Source: a virus. From it: a stretch of 64,000 nucleotides of DNA. The stretch spans positions 1,802 through 65,801 of IMG/VR virus record IMGVR_UViG_3300015242_000023, one strand, 5' to 3'. The notes below the pieces were generated by a model. That model worked only from the letters and a program-made list of their open reading frames with translations, was not told where the DNA came from and made no database searches. Shown here in pieces: positions 9,037 through 17,140 of the stretch (the first letter of the stretch is position 1; each line of letters starts with the position of its first letter). The position numbers and the translations under genes were made by a program.

Positions 9037-9917
9037 TGGCCAAGAATGCCCCAACACTATTTGCCGATGAAGAACTGGCCCCAATGCCGGAAAAGCTCTG
9101 CACCGATGCCCTGGCGGTGTGGAACGAGATTGCACCGGGCGCCAGTTGGCCAGAAGCCCGGTTCCTGACGCAATCCCGGCGGACGGCGATGCGGAGGGCC
9201 ATAAAAGACTATGGCGGCTTGGTGGGCTGGAAAGAGCACTTAGCGAGGGCCGCGACCAGCGACTTCCTGACCGGGAAATCCCCCCGCGGCGAGCAGCACA
9301 AGGACTGGCGCCCCGATCTGGACTGGTTCTTGAAACCGGCCAATGTGGTGAAAATCCTTGAAAACAAATTCAGCGGCAAAGGACCGGCCAAATCGTCGGT
9401 ATTCGCGAACGCCAAGCCGCAGGGCATCGACTGGCGCGGGACGCTCGAAAGGTACAAGCCTCGAGGCTTCTGGCACAAGGACACGATGGGGCCGCGGCCA
9501 GAAGAGTCAGGCCCGCACAAGGTCCCAGCCGATATGATCGAGGCGTGGCGAAAGAAGCATGGCATCACGGGCGTGCAGGCCCCGACTGAGACCCGCGAGC
9601 AGCGGCTGGCGGCGTCGATCGCCACGTTCCGCCGTCTAGGGGATTACGCGCGGGCAAATGCGGCAGAGGAGCAACTGGCGGCGCTCCAGGGACGGCCGCC
9701 CGAGCTGGTCCCAGCTCCCGACGCTCGCAACCCTGATGTAGTACCTCCCAAGATGCCGTCTAATAAGGGTTATTCTGGCCACACTGCCAAAAACGGCGGA
9801 AATTATTCCAAATCTATGCAGCGATCCGAGGCCGAGATAACCCGCGCCATGGCCGCCGCTCAGGACGCGGCGTGGGAAGATATACCCGAGGGCGAAAACT
9901 ACGGGCGCGACGAGTGA
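9033..9917 (+). CDS. Phage replication initiator-like protein
   Basis: DFLTGK...DWRPDLDWFLKPANVVKILENKF resembles the conserved W-x-x-D-x-D-W...N...K-x-L-E domain of phage replisome organisers. Confidence 0.6.
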   Translation: MMAKNAPTLFADEELAPMPEKLCTDALAVWNEIAPGASWPEARFLTQSRRTAMRRAIKDYGGLVGWKEHLARAATSDFLTGKSPRGEQHKDWRPDLDWFLKPANVVKILENKFSGKGPAKSSVFANAKPQGIDWRGTLERYKPRGFWHKDTMGPRPEESGPHKVPADMIEAWRKKHGITGVQAPTETREQRLAASIATFRRLGDYARANAAEEQLAALQGRPPELVPAPDARNPDVVPPKMPSNKGYSGHTAKNGGNYSKSMQRSEAEITRAMAAAQDAAWEDIPEGENYGRDE

Positions 9918-10543
9918 AGCCGCTGGATCGCTCGATGTTTCAAGCCTACCGAATTAGCAGCCTGATCGACGGCAAGGTGTATATCGGCATCACGTCGCGC
10001 TCGCTAAAGGCGAGGTGGGCCGAGCATCTCTATGAATCGCGTCGGAATCGTTCTCGGATGACGGTAACTTGGGCGATCGCCAAGCACGGCGCCGACAATT
10101 TCCGCATTGAGCCGATTTGTTGCGCGCGCTCATGGGATGACATATGCGCAGCCGAACAGGCGCTCATCGAGCAACATGGCTGCACCGCGCCCGCTGGTTA
10201 CAATCTGCGGAAAGGCGGCGATGGTGCCTTCGGCCGCAAGCCAACTGCCGAGGCCATAGAGCGATCGGCAGCAAAGCACCGTGGCCTTCCGTGCCATCCC
10301 AACACGCGATCTGCATCGTCGCGCACTCACAAGGGCGTCAAGAAATCCCCTGCGCATCGTGCTCGGATTGCTGCGGCCAGGCGAGGCATAGCCAGGAGCG
10401 AAGAGACTAAGGAAAAGCTGCGAGCCTATTGGGCCGCACGTAGGGCTGCGGGCGAGTTCAAAACGGCCAAGCCATACGCTCACGCCAAAATCCCGCTAGC
10501 GCTCAGCCAACATATCGCAGCGACCTACCGGCCGCGCTTCTAG
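9914..10543 (+). CDS. GIY-YIG homing endonuclease with NUMOD3-like repeats
   Basis: AYRISSLIDGKVYIGIT, GYN motif, C-terminal KSPAHRARI / RSEETKEKL repeats. Confidence 0.85.
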   Translation: MKPLDRSMFQAYRISSLIDGKVYIGITSRSLKARWAEHLYESRRNRSRMTVTWAIAKHGADNFRIEPICCARSWDDICAAEQALIEQHGCTAPAGYNLRKGGDGAFGRKPTAEAIERSAAKHRGLPCHPNTRSASSRTHKGVKKSPAHRARIAAARRGIARSEETKEKLRAYWAARRAAGEFKTAKPYAHAKIPLALSQHIAATYRPRF

Positions 10544-10863
10544 GACCAGATACTATCCGCCAGATTATTCAGCCGCCGGGCTTCGGCGCGCACGAGCTCG
10601 GCGACTTCGACCATCACGGATTCGGGCAGGAGATTGTAGCCCGTCTCCCATCGCCGGATGTTGCGCCTGGTGACCTTGAGTGCGACCGCCATTTGGTTGT
10701 GCCATTCTTCGCCGAAGATGGCACGCCCGGCGATGGCGAACAGGGCGCGGCGGCCGTTGTTGTTGAGGCGAACCGACGTGTCCTTGGGAATGACCATGAT
10801 CTCCAGATGATCCGGCGTGTTGTCGAGCGGATCACCATAGGTGTGGTGCACAACTTTCGTCAC
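10540..10863 (-). CDS. HTH-domain protein
   Basis: C-terminal WHNQMAVALKVTRRNIRRWETG helix-turn-helix; GTG start inferred from overlap. Confidence 0.6.
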   Translation of the reverse strand: MTKVVHHTYGDPLDNTPDHLEIMVIPKDTSVRLNNNGRRALFAIAGRAIFGEEWHNQMAVALKVTRRNIRRWETGYNLLPESVMVEVAELVRAEARRLNNLADSIWS

Positions 10864-10951
10864 AGCGCAGCCCAAGTGAGCGCCGTCCAGAAAGCCACCG
10901 ATATCAGGCACACGATGAGAACCGTGAAGTAATTGCCCGGATATCCCATGG

Positions 10952-11173
10952 TCATTCTCCCAACCCTGCGGCTTCGGCCTGGGCAAGCGCCTTCTGAGCG
11001 GCATCCTGCGCGATGAGCAGGCTCGCGAAGTTGGGAGGCTGACCAGTGACACGCCAATCTGCGATCAACGCGACGTAATTGGTCAGCGCGGCACGCATAG
11101 CGCGGGCTGCAGCCTCCGCTGCGTCTAGCTTGTGGGCTAGTTCCAGCATGTAGGCGTCATTTCCATTTCTCAT
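10952..11173 (-). CDS. Hypothetical protein
   Basis: Helical Ala-rich ORF within a run of overlapping small - strand genes. Confidence 0.45.
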   Translation of the reverse strand: MRNGNDAYMLELAHKLDAAEAAARAMRAALTNYVALIADWRVTGQPPNFASLLIAQDAAQKALAQAEAAGLGE

Positions 11174-11336
11174 GACACGGTGATCCGGTAGACGTCGCCC
11201 TTGAACAGCGGGCGGTCGATCCGGACACGCCAGCCATCCCGGCGGTAAATGGCCCGGAGGCGGTTCGCCAAGGTGGCGGCTTCCAAGTAGGTGTTGCGTG
11301 TGAAGTTCATCAGATGCTCCTGTGGTTAGTCTTTTG

Positions 11337-11546
11337 TTAAGAGGGAAGGGCCTGTTGCCATGTCGGCATCGGCTTATTCCCATCGGGGAAACGGTTCGTC
11401 AGCCGCTTGTCGGCCACCGTAAATGTCCAACCTGGGACGATGCGCGCATTTATAGGCGGCATGTAGGTCACCCATCCCACCAAGTCGCCATCGGCCCAGA
11501 CTTCACGGTTGAAATCGTTCACAAAGCGGGTTTCTAAAATGGTCAT
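11337..11546 (-). CDS. Hypothetical protein
   Basis: First gene after a TTGACA-N17-TATTTC promoter; RBS AGAAGGG. Confidence 0.55.
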   Translation of the reverse strand: MTILETRFVNDFNREVWADGDLVGWVTYMPPINARIVPGWTFTVADKRLTNRFPDGNKPMPTWQQALPS

Positions 11547-11602
11547 TGCGGTGGCCCTTCTCTGCCTGTGCTGGTCGGGCCTGTGCCCGTCCTGTGGATT
11601 GA

Positions 11603-11668
11603 GAAATACAGCTTGGTGAAATTATTGTCAACGGGGTCTTGCAATCTTTTTTAAGATTGGTGTAGGTT
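11603..11668. promoter_or_regulatory. Divergent promoters with palindromic operator
   Basis: - strand TTGACA (11626-31) N17 TATTTC (11603-08); + strand TTGCAA (11639-44); perfect inverted repeat CAATCTT-TTTT-AAGATTG at 11642-11659. Confidence 0.65.
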
Positions 11669-11674
11669 GCCGCC

Positions 11675-11881
11675 ATGAAAGATCGAAACCTACTTCTCCG
11701 GCTTGAAGCCCAAGAGGGCGGCCCCGGCGCTGCGGCCCTGACCATCGGCATCAGCGGGCAGAGCTGGAGCAACTGGAAGAACAAGGCCCTTCCCAGTTAT
11801 GGGCGCCTTTTGGTGCATGTGGCGCTCAATCGGACGGGCCGGCGCCTGATACAGGATGCACTTGAGAGGAAAGAGCCATGA
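11675..11881 (+). CDS. Cro-like HTH protein
   Basis: 68 aa; AAALTIGISGQSWSNWKNK HTH pattern; directly after the operator. Confidence 0.65.
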   Translation: MKDRNLLLRLEAQEGGPGAAALTIGISGQSWSNWKNKALPSYGRLLVHVALNRTGRRLIQDALERKEP

Positions 11882-12099
11882 ACGCCCACGCCCACACGCT
11901 GCGCCGCATCGCCGATGGAGCATACAAATCCTATAAACAGGCCCAGACGGTGAGCGAAGCGGGTCGCCTCCTGACGCTGCGACGGCATCTGATCGATGCG
12001 GCCGACGAACTCGACCGGCTCACCGAGCTGGTGCGGGTGTGCTCAATGCAGACCGATCCAGCTTGGGCTGCAAATCTGGCGAAGGAGGGGTTGCGATGA
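11878..12099 (+). CDS. Hypothetical protein
   Basis: ATGA overlaps. Confidence 0.55.
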   Translation: MNAHAHTLRRIADGAYKSYKQAQTVSEAGRLLTLRRHLIDAADELDRLTELVRVCSMQTDPAWAANLAKEGLR

Positions 12100-12434
12100 A
12101 ACACCTACGCGGTTTCATCAACGGGGCTTGGCCCGGAATCCTCGGCGGTCTGGTCGGTGGCGTTGTTGCCTTCTGTCTATCCAGTTGCCCAACCCGCGCT
12201 CAGACGATGTGCCAGAACCTCGGCGACGGCTTCACGTCCTGCACCAACGGCGCGAGCTCGCAGCGACTCGGCGAATTCGACTTCAATTCGGATGGCAGTT
12301 GGGGCATGCGCCTCGGCGGCGGGATGTATCTGGCCAATCCGCCCGCGAACCCGCGCGCCGATGCGCCAGCGGTTCCGATCATCCCCGAGCCGCAGCCCTT
12401 TGAAGTCTGGCGGCAGCGCGGAACCAGAAAGTGA
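12096..12434 (+). CDS. Secreted/membrane-anchored hypothetical protein
   Basis: N-terminal hydrophobic segment, then QTMCQNLGDGFTSCTNG beta-hairpin-like repeats. Confidence 0.55.
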   Translation: MKHLRGFINGAWPGILGGLVGGVVAFCLSSCPTRAQTMCQNLGDGFTSCTNGASSQRLGEFDFNSDGSWGMRLGGGMYLANPPANPRADAPAVPIIPEPQPFEVWRQRGTRK

Positions 12435-12715
12435 CGGGCATCCTCTGTCCCACATGCAACGGGCCCCATCACACGGTGACCAAAACCAACGCCTATGGGG
12501 AATTTTTTCGGCGCCTCAGACACTGCGCGGATTGCGATCTGGATTTCACGACCTACGAAGCTGCAGGGCGGCCGGGCGGCCGGTTCATGAAGGCAGTTCA
12601 CCTGCACCGGACACTCCAGGCTATGTCGCCGATTCGGCGTCAGATCGTAGAGAACCTAATCGAAGAACTAACGCCGGCTTCGGCTACGGTCATCAATTTT
12701 GGAGAGGAAGAATGA
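12431..12715 (+). CDS. NrdR-like zinc-ribbon protein (no ATP cone)
   Basis: CPTC...RRLRHCADCDLDFTTYE matches the NrdR N-terminal pattern. Confidence 0.7.
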   Translation: MTGILCPTCNGPHHTVTKTNAYGEFFRRLRHCADCDLDFTTYEAAGRPGGRFMKAVHLHRTLQAMSPIRRQIVENLIEELTPASATVINFGEEE

Positions 12716-12909
12716 GCCACATGCGCGTCTGGAGCAACGGAAGCACCCTCTATTTCGCTGGCCAATTCTCGGCCGACGATGCCGCGTTCATTGAGCCGTT
12801 GGCCTTCCAATATGGCATGTCTCGTCCTGAGCAAGCGCACCAGCAGGCCACTAAACTCGCATGGGCGTTCAAGAGCATTTGCGAGCGCGTTGCCAAGGAC
12901 ACCAAATGA
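12712..12909 (+). CDS. Hypothetical protein
   Basis: RBS GGAGAGG; ATGA overlaps. Confidence 0.5.
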   Translation: MSHMRVWSNGSTLYFAGQFSADDAAFIEPLAFQYGMSRPEQAHQQATKLAWAFKSICERVAKDTK

Positions 12910-14177
12910 ACGACATCTTTCAGCCCCCCGCCTACAACGATACGCCGCTCAGCCAGCCACCGACGGACGGCCGTATACAGACGCCGCAGATGGGGGCCCA
13001 GCAACTAACCCAGATCGGGGCGAACGCGGCCAAAAACGGCCTAGTCGACGTGGCTCGCGTCGCATTCACGCGCGCCGTGAGAGAGGAGCGACGTGGCGAT
13101 ACCCTGGCAAACTTGGCCAACGCACTGCGGCAGCTTTGGCGGTTCGACGAGGCCAACAAGATCATCGATGAAGCGCTTCAATTCGCGCCCCAGGACGGCC
13201 GGGTGTGGGGCATCAAGGGCGTCACCATGCTGGACCAGAACCGGTCAACGGACGCCATCGCCGCCTTTCGAAACTCGCTGATGTGGGGCGGCGCCGCTCC
13301 CTTTACCAAGTTCGGCTTGGCTGAGGCGCAGCTCCATGCCGGCGACTTCGACCGCGGCCTGAGGGGCTACGAATCCCGGTTTGAGATAAACTCGCCTCGC
13401 CTTCATGGCCTCCCCCGGTGGCAGGGAGAACCATTGGGCGACAAGGTGCTGCTGGTCGAGGCCGAACAAGGCTTTGGCGACACTTTCATGTTTAGCCGCT
13501 TCCTGCCTCGCATCCCAGGGAACTATATCTTCAGCGTCCAAGCGCAGGCAGTGAGTCTGTTCGGACCGGAGGCGAAGCGGCTGGGCGAAGCAGTGCGCGC
13601 TGATTACTGGTGCCCTCTCATGAGTCTACCGCTGATCGTCGGCACCGACATCACGCCCGCGCTGGCTTTCCGGCCTAACCGCATCCTGCCGCTGACGGCG
13701 CGCGGCAAATTCAACATCGGCATTGTCTGGGCATCCAAGGCAGGAGGGTCCGGCACTCCCGAAGAAATGCGCCACGGCCTGCAGAAGTCATGCCCGATCG
13801 AGGCCTTCCTTGATCTTTGCGACATCGACGGCGTCCAACTGCACAGCCTGCAGTACGATCAGGATGCCAGCCTGATGACGATGGACCTCGTTAACCAACT
13901 TCCCCAATACGACTTCCGCGACCAGGCCGCGCACATGCTCAACATGGACCTGATCATCAGCGTGGACACCGCACCGCTGCATCTGGCCGGGACGCTCGGG
14001 CGTCCGTGCATCGCGCTGTTGAACGTGGTTGGAAGCTGGCAATGGGGTTCTGGAGATACCACGCCTTGGTACAAATCAGTCCGGATCGTGCGGCAGCCAA
14101 AGCCGTTTGACTGGTCCGGAGCGATGGCCAAAGCGAAGGATATCGTGGTCGAGATGATGGGGGAGCACAAGCCATGA
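12906..14177 (+). CDS. TPR-containing GT-B (GT9/heptosyltransferase-like) glycosyltransferase
   Basis: N-terminal TPR helices; EAEQGFGDTFMFSRF and DLIISVDTAPLHLAGTLGRP motifs. Confidence 0.85.
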   Translation: MNDIFQPPAYNDTPLSQPPTDGRIQTPQMGAQQLTQIGANAAKNGLVDVARVAFTRAVREERRGDTLANLANALRQLWRFDEANKIIDEALQFAPQDGRVWGIKGVTMLDQNRSTDAIAAFRNSLMWGGAAPFTKFGLAEAQLHAGDFDRGLRGYESRFEINSPRLHGLPRWQGEPLGDKVLLVEAEQGFGDTFMFSRFLPRIPGNYIFSVQAQAVSLFGPEAKRLGEAVRADYWCPLMSLPLIVGTDITPALAFRPNRILPLTARGKFNIGIVWASKAGGSGTPEEMRHGLQKSCPIEAFLDLCDIDGVQLHSLQYDQDASLMTMDLVNQLPQYDFRDQAAHMLNMDLIISVDTAPLHLAGTLGRPCIALLNVVGSWQWGSGDTTPWYKSVRIVRQPKPFDWSGAMAKAKDIVVEMMGEHKP

Positions 14178-14368
14178 CCGAGAATGAAGCCAAGACCAAG
14201 CATTGCTGCGGGCCAGAGGGCACTGGAAGCAAAGGGCCTCCAGACAACGACGGCACATGCGATCGTTACTGCATCGGCTCTGCCTGCATGGCATGGCGTG
14301 TGAAGAGACTCCCTGATGGCGATCAGTACGGCTTCTGCGGGCTCGTAGGTCTGGCAGGCAAGCCATGA
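14174..14368 (+). CDS. Small Cys-rich hypothetical protein
   Basis: CC...C..YCIGSACMAW...GFCGL. Confidence 0.55.
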   Translation: MTENEAKTKHCCGPEGTGSKGPPDNDGTCDRYCIGSACMAWRVKRLPDGDQYGFCGLVGLAGKP

Positions 14369-14580
14369 TCGGCGGCATCACCGAGCCGCCGCGCCGTTAT
14401 CTCGAACATGAATGGCATTGGCTTCACAGCGAGCGCGCATCCCGACCGGTGATCTCACAATGGATCAAGGGCGGTTGGTATAGCCCGGGTGAGCACGGCC
14501 CGATTTCCCCGCAGGAGATGTGGCGCCGCGGTTGGGCCTATCTGGGGCCTGTTCCAGTACCGCCAGGAGATTGGGGATGA
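14365..14580 (+). CDS. Trp-rich hypothetical protein
   Basis: ATGA overlaps at both ends. Confidence 0.5.
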   Translation: MIGGITEPPRRYLEHEWHWLHSERASRPVISQWIKGGWYSPGEHGPISPQEMWRRGWAYLGPVPVPPGDWG

Positions 14581-15863
14581 TCGATTTCAGCAACGCGCGC
14601 GTCGCCGTCGTGGGCGACCTGATCGAGGACCATTGGATTTACGGCCGCGTCGATCGGCTGTCGCCCGAGGGGCCGTGGCCAGTGTTCCTGCCGGAGCGAA
14701 CGGTCGTGCAGATGGGCGGCGCGGCGAATGTGGCCGCCAACATGTACGCGCTGGGTGTGACGCCAGTGCAGATCGCCCCGAACCGAATGGCGATCAAGGA
14801 ACGCTATGTCGTCGGCCGGCACCAGATGTTCCGCGTCGACCGGGAAAACACATCGAACATTTCGAGCCAGGAGATGATCCGCCTATTCATCGCTCTCACG
14901 GAGGGCACCCAACAGCCGAATGTCGTGGTGCTGAGCGATTACGGGAAAGGCTGCTTTGGTGGCACCTTGGCGCAGTGCATCATTGAATGGTGCATGCCCC
15001 GCGGCATCGTCACCGTCGTCGATCCTAAGGGAACCGATTGGACCAAGTACGACGGTGCCACCGTCATTACGCCGAACTATGCCGAGTGGAAGGCCCATCA
15101 GCGCGGCGGCCGCGCGCGTCTGCTCGTGACCAAGGGTGAGCACGGCATAGAACTGCAGGGTGATGGCAGCGACGGCAGGCATTGGATCAACATCCCCGCT
15201 GCCGGCCCGAAGGTGGTCGATATCGTCGGCGCCGGCGACGTGGTCGTTGCTGCGCTCGCCCTGGCGTTGGGTGCAGGCTATTCCATGGAAGAAGCAGCCC
15301 GCATCGCCAACGCCGCAGCCGGTGTCGCCGTAGGCAAGCCCGGCACGTCTGTGTGCACGATCGACGAACTGAGAGGTGCTTGGGTAAGCGGGTGTAGCTC
15401 AGCGGTAGAGCAGCGGTCTCCAAAACCGACGACGGGGGTTCGAGTCCCTCCGCCCGCGCCACTCGTTGGAATCGCCAACGGCTGTTTCGACACCCTGCAT
15501 GCCGGCCACGTCGAGCTCCTGCAGAAGGCAAGGGCGCGCTGCGACCGACTGATAGTCGCCATCAATAGCGATGCATCGACGCGACACCTAAAGGGCCCTC
15601 TGCGGCCGGTAAATCCAATGGCTGTGCGCTGCGCCATGCTCCAGGCATTGGCATGCGTCGGTGAGGTCCGCGTCTACGATCAGGAGGAGGATCTGGTCGA
15701 CATCATCAAGGAGGTAGGGGCCTCGGTGATCTTCAAGGGCGTCGACTACGAGGGCCACCCCACCATCACCGGCAGCGATATCGCCCGCGTCGAGATCATC
15801 AAGACCGAGTTCAAATCGTCCACCGCGCAGGAAGTCTGCAAGGCTCGAGGAGTTTGGTCTTGA
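14577..15863 (+). CDS. hldE: Bifunctional heptose-7-phosphate kinase / heptose-1-phosphate adenylyltransferase
   Basis: PfkB kinase motifs (VVGD, RLSPEGP, GGAANVAAN, LSDYGKG, VDPKG, TPN, GAGD) fused to a nucleotidyltransferase (NGCFDTLHAGH, INSDAS, KGVDY). Confidence 0.9.
   Translation: MIDFSNARVAVVGDLIEDHWIYGRVDRLSPEGPWPVFLPERTVVQMGGAANVAANMYALGVTPVQIAPNRMAIKERYVVGRHQMFRVDRENTSNISSQEMIRLFIALTEGTQQPNVVVLSDYGKGCFGGTLAQCIIEWCMPRGIVTVVDPKGTDWTKYDGATVITPNYAEWKAHQRGGRARLLVTKGEHGIELQGDGSDGRHWINIPAAGPKVVDIVGAGDVVVAALALALGAGYSMEEAARIANAAAGVAVGKPGTSVCTIDELRGAWVSGCSSAVEQRSPKPTTGVRVPPPAPLVGIANGCFDTLHAGHVELLQKARARCDRLIVAINSDASTRHLKGPLRPVNPMAVRCAMLQALACVGEVRVYDQEEDLVDIIKEVGASVIFKGVDYEGHPTITGSDIARVEIIKTEFKSSTAQEVCKARGVWS
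15388..15461 (+). tRNA. trnW: tRNA-Trp(CCA), nested in frame inside hldE
   Basis: Acceptor GCGGGTG/CGCCCGC, D arm GCTC-AGCGGTA-GAGC, anticodon loop CTCCAAA, T arm GGGGG-TTCGAGT-CCCTC, G73 discriminator, encoded CCA. Confidence 0.9.
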
Positions 15864-16060
15864 ATCTGATGGAAGGACTGGCGCGACAGTTAGTGCGAGT
15901 TGCCAAGGCCCGGCGGCACTATGAGGACATCGGGCCGAGCGGCGCATTCGGGCTGATGATGATCGATCGAGCCCTTGAGATGGCATGTGTGGCTGCGGGC
16001 AGCAATGACATTGTCGAGATGATGCGCGCTCACGAGGACCTAAAAGGCATCAGCGAATGA
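15854..16060 (+). CDS. Hypothetical protein
   Basis: RBS GAGGAG; coupled to hldD. Confidence 0.55.
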   Translation: MVLNLMEGLARQLVRVAKARRHYEDIGPSGAFGLMMIDRALEMACVAAGSNDIVEMMRAHEDLKGISE

Positions 16061-16860
16061 TCATTTGCACCGGAGTGTCCGGATTCATCGGACGCCATCT
16101 GACCAAAGCGCTCAATGCTGATTGGGTTCCGGGCCAAGTGCCTCTTTTGCGCGAGGCGGACGCGCTGATCCATCTCGGCGGCATATCCGATACCACATGC
16201 AAGGACGAGCAACGGCTGATCGAGGCGAATGTGAAGCTGACGTTGGAACTCGCCGACTCGGCCGCCGACGCTGGAATTCCGTTCATCTATGCGAGCAGCG
16301 CCAGCATTTACGGAAATGGACGCGGACCGCTCAATGCCTACGCCCGATCGAAGGCGGCGATTGATGCCTCCATGGCGAACCGATCGGACGAATGGTATGG
16401 GCTGCGGCTCTTCAATGTCTACGGCGACGGTGAGGGCAAGAAGGGCGACCAGGCCAGCATGGTCTACAAGGCCGTCTGGTCGCATCGGAATGGCAAGACG
16501 CCCGAATTTTTCACACCGAAAGCGCGCCGCGATTATGTCCACGTCAGCGACGTCGTGAAGGTGATCCTGTGGTTCGTGCGCACTTGCCCACGGAGTGGCG
16601 TCTATGACGTCGGGACTGGCGAATCGACATCGATCAAGGAAGTCTGCGATCTGGCTCAAGACATATCGCCATTCATTAGACGGATGGCGGCGACCGAGAT
16701 GAGGGGAATGTACAAGCATCCGTCTCTCACCGAAATACCCGTGCCGTCGCACATGTTCTGCGCCTGCCAGATGGACACCAAGGCCGATCTCACCCGGCTG
16801 CGCAGCATCGGCTATGACGCACCGTTTCTGTCTCTCGAGGAAGGAATCAAACTGCTATGA
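16057..16860 (+). CDS. hldD: ADP-L-glycero-D-manno-heptose 6-epimerase-like NAD-dependent epimerase
   Basis: TGVSGFIG Rossmann motif, HLGGISDTT, YASSASIYG, YARSK, LRLFNVYG, KGDQASMV, RDYVHVSDV. Confidence 0.85.
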   Translation: MIICTGVSGFIGRHLTKALNADWVPGQVPLLREADALIHLGGISDTTCKDEQRLIEANVKLTLELADSAADAGIPFIYASSASIYGNGRGPLNAYARSKAAIDASMANRSDEWYGLRLFNVYGDGEGKKGDQASMVYKAVWSHRNGKTPEFFTPKARRDYVHVSDVVKVILWFVRTCPRSGVYDVGTGESTSIKEVCDLAQDISPFIRRMAATEMRGMYKHPSLTEIPVPSHMFCACQMDTKADLTRLRSIGYDAPFLSLEEGIKLL

Positions 16861-17030
16861 AATCGTCCGGAACTGTCATGGGCGGCATGCGCCTGCCCAA
16901 GGATCTGGCAGCCCACCGCAGCAGCAAGCTCATCAAGAGCGCCATCGGTTCCTCCCGAGTGAAGCGCGAATCGCAGATCAAGGACGCCATCGCCATCGAT
17001 TTCACGAAGCGACCGAAGGTGAAGAAATGA
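16857..17030 (+). CDS. Small basic hypothetical protein (57 aa, not in supplied track)
   Basis: ATGA overlaps with both neighbours; MKSSGTVMGGMRLPKD...RPKVKK. Confidence 0.5.
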   Translation: MKSSGTVMGGMRLPKDLAAHRSSKLIKSAIGSSRVKRESQIKDAIAIDFTKRPKVKK

Positions 17031-17140
17031 CCGACCGCAAACCGAGACGAGTGCCGTGGGTGAAGGATTGGCTGCTGTTTGTAGCACTTCCAGTTGGGAC
17101 CATCTTGATCATCGCCATCGTCCACAGCGTGCTGAAATGA
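17027..17140 (+). CDS. Single-pass membrane peptide
   Basis: MTDRKPRRVPWVKDWLLFVALPVGTILIIAIVHSVLK; overlaps both neighbours. Confidence 0.5.
   Translation: MTDRKPRRVPWVKDWLLFVALPVGTILIIAIVHSVLK

Noticed and set aside
15388-15461. tRNA fragment as an attP/attL integration scar
   Set aside because: The tRNA is complete rather than a 3' fragment, is not duplicated in the window, and no integrase was recognised. It cannot be fully excluded outside the window.
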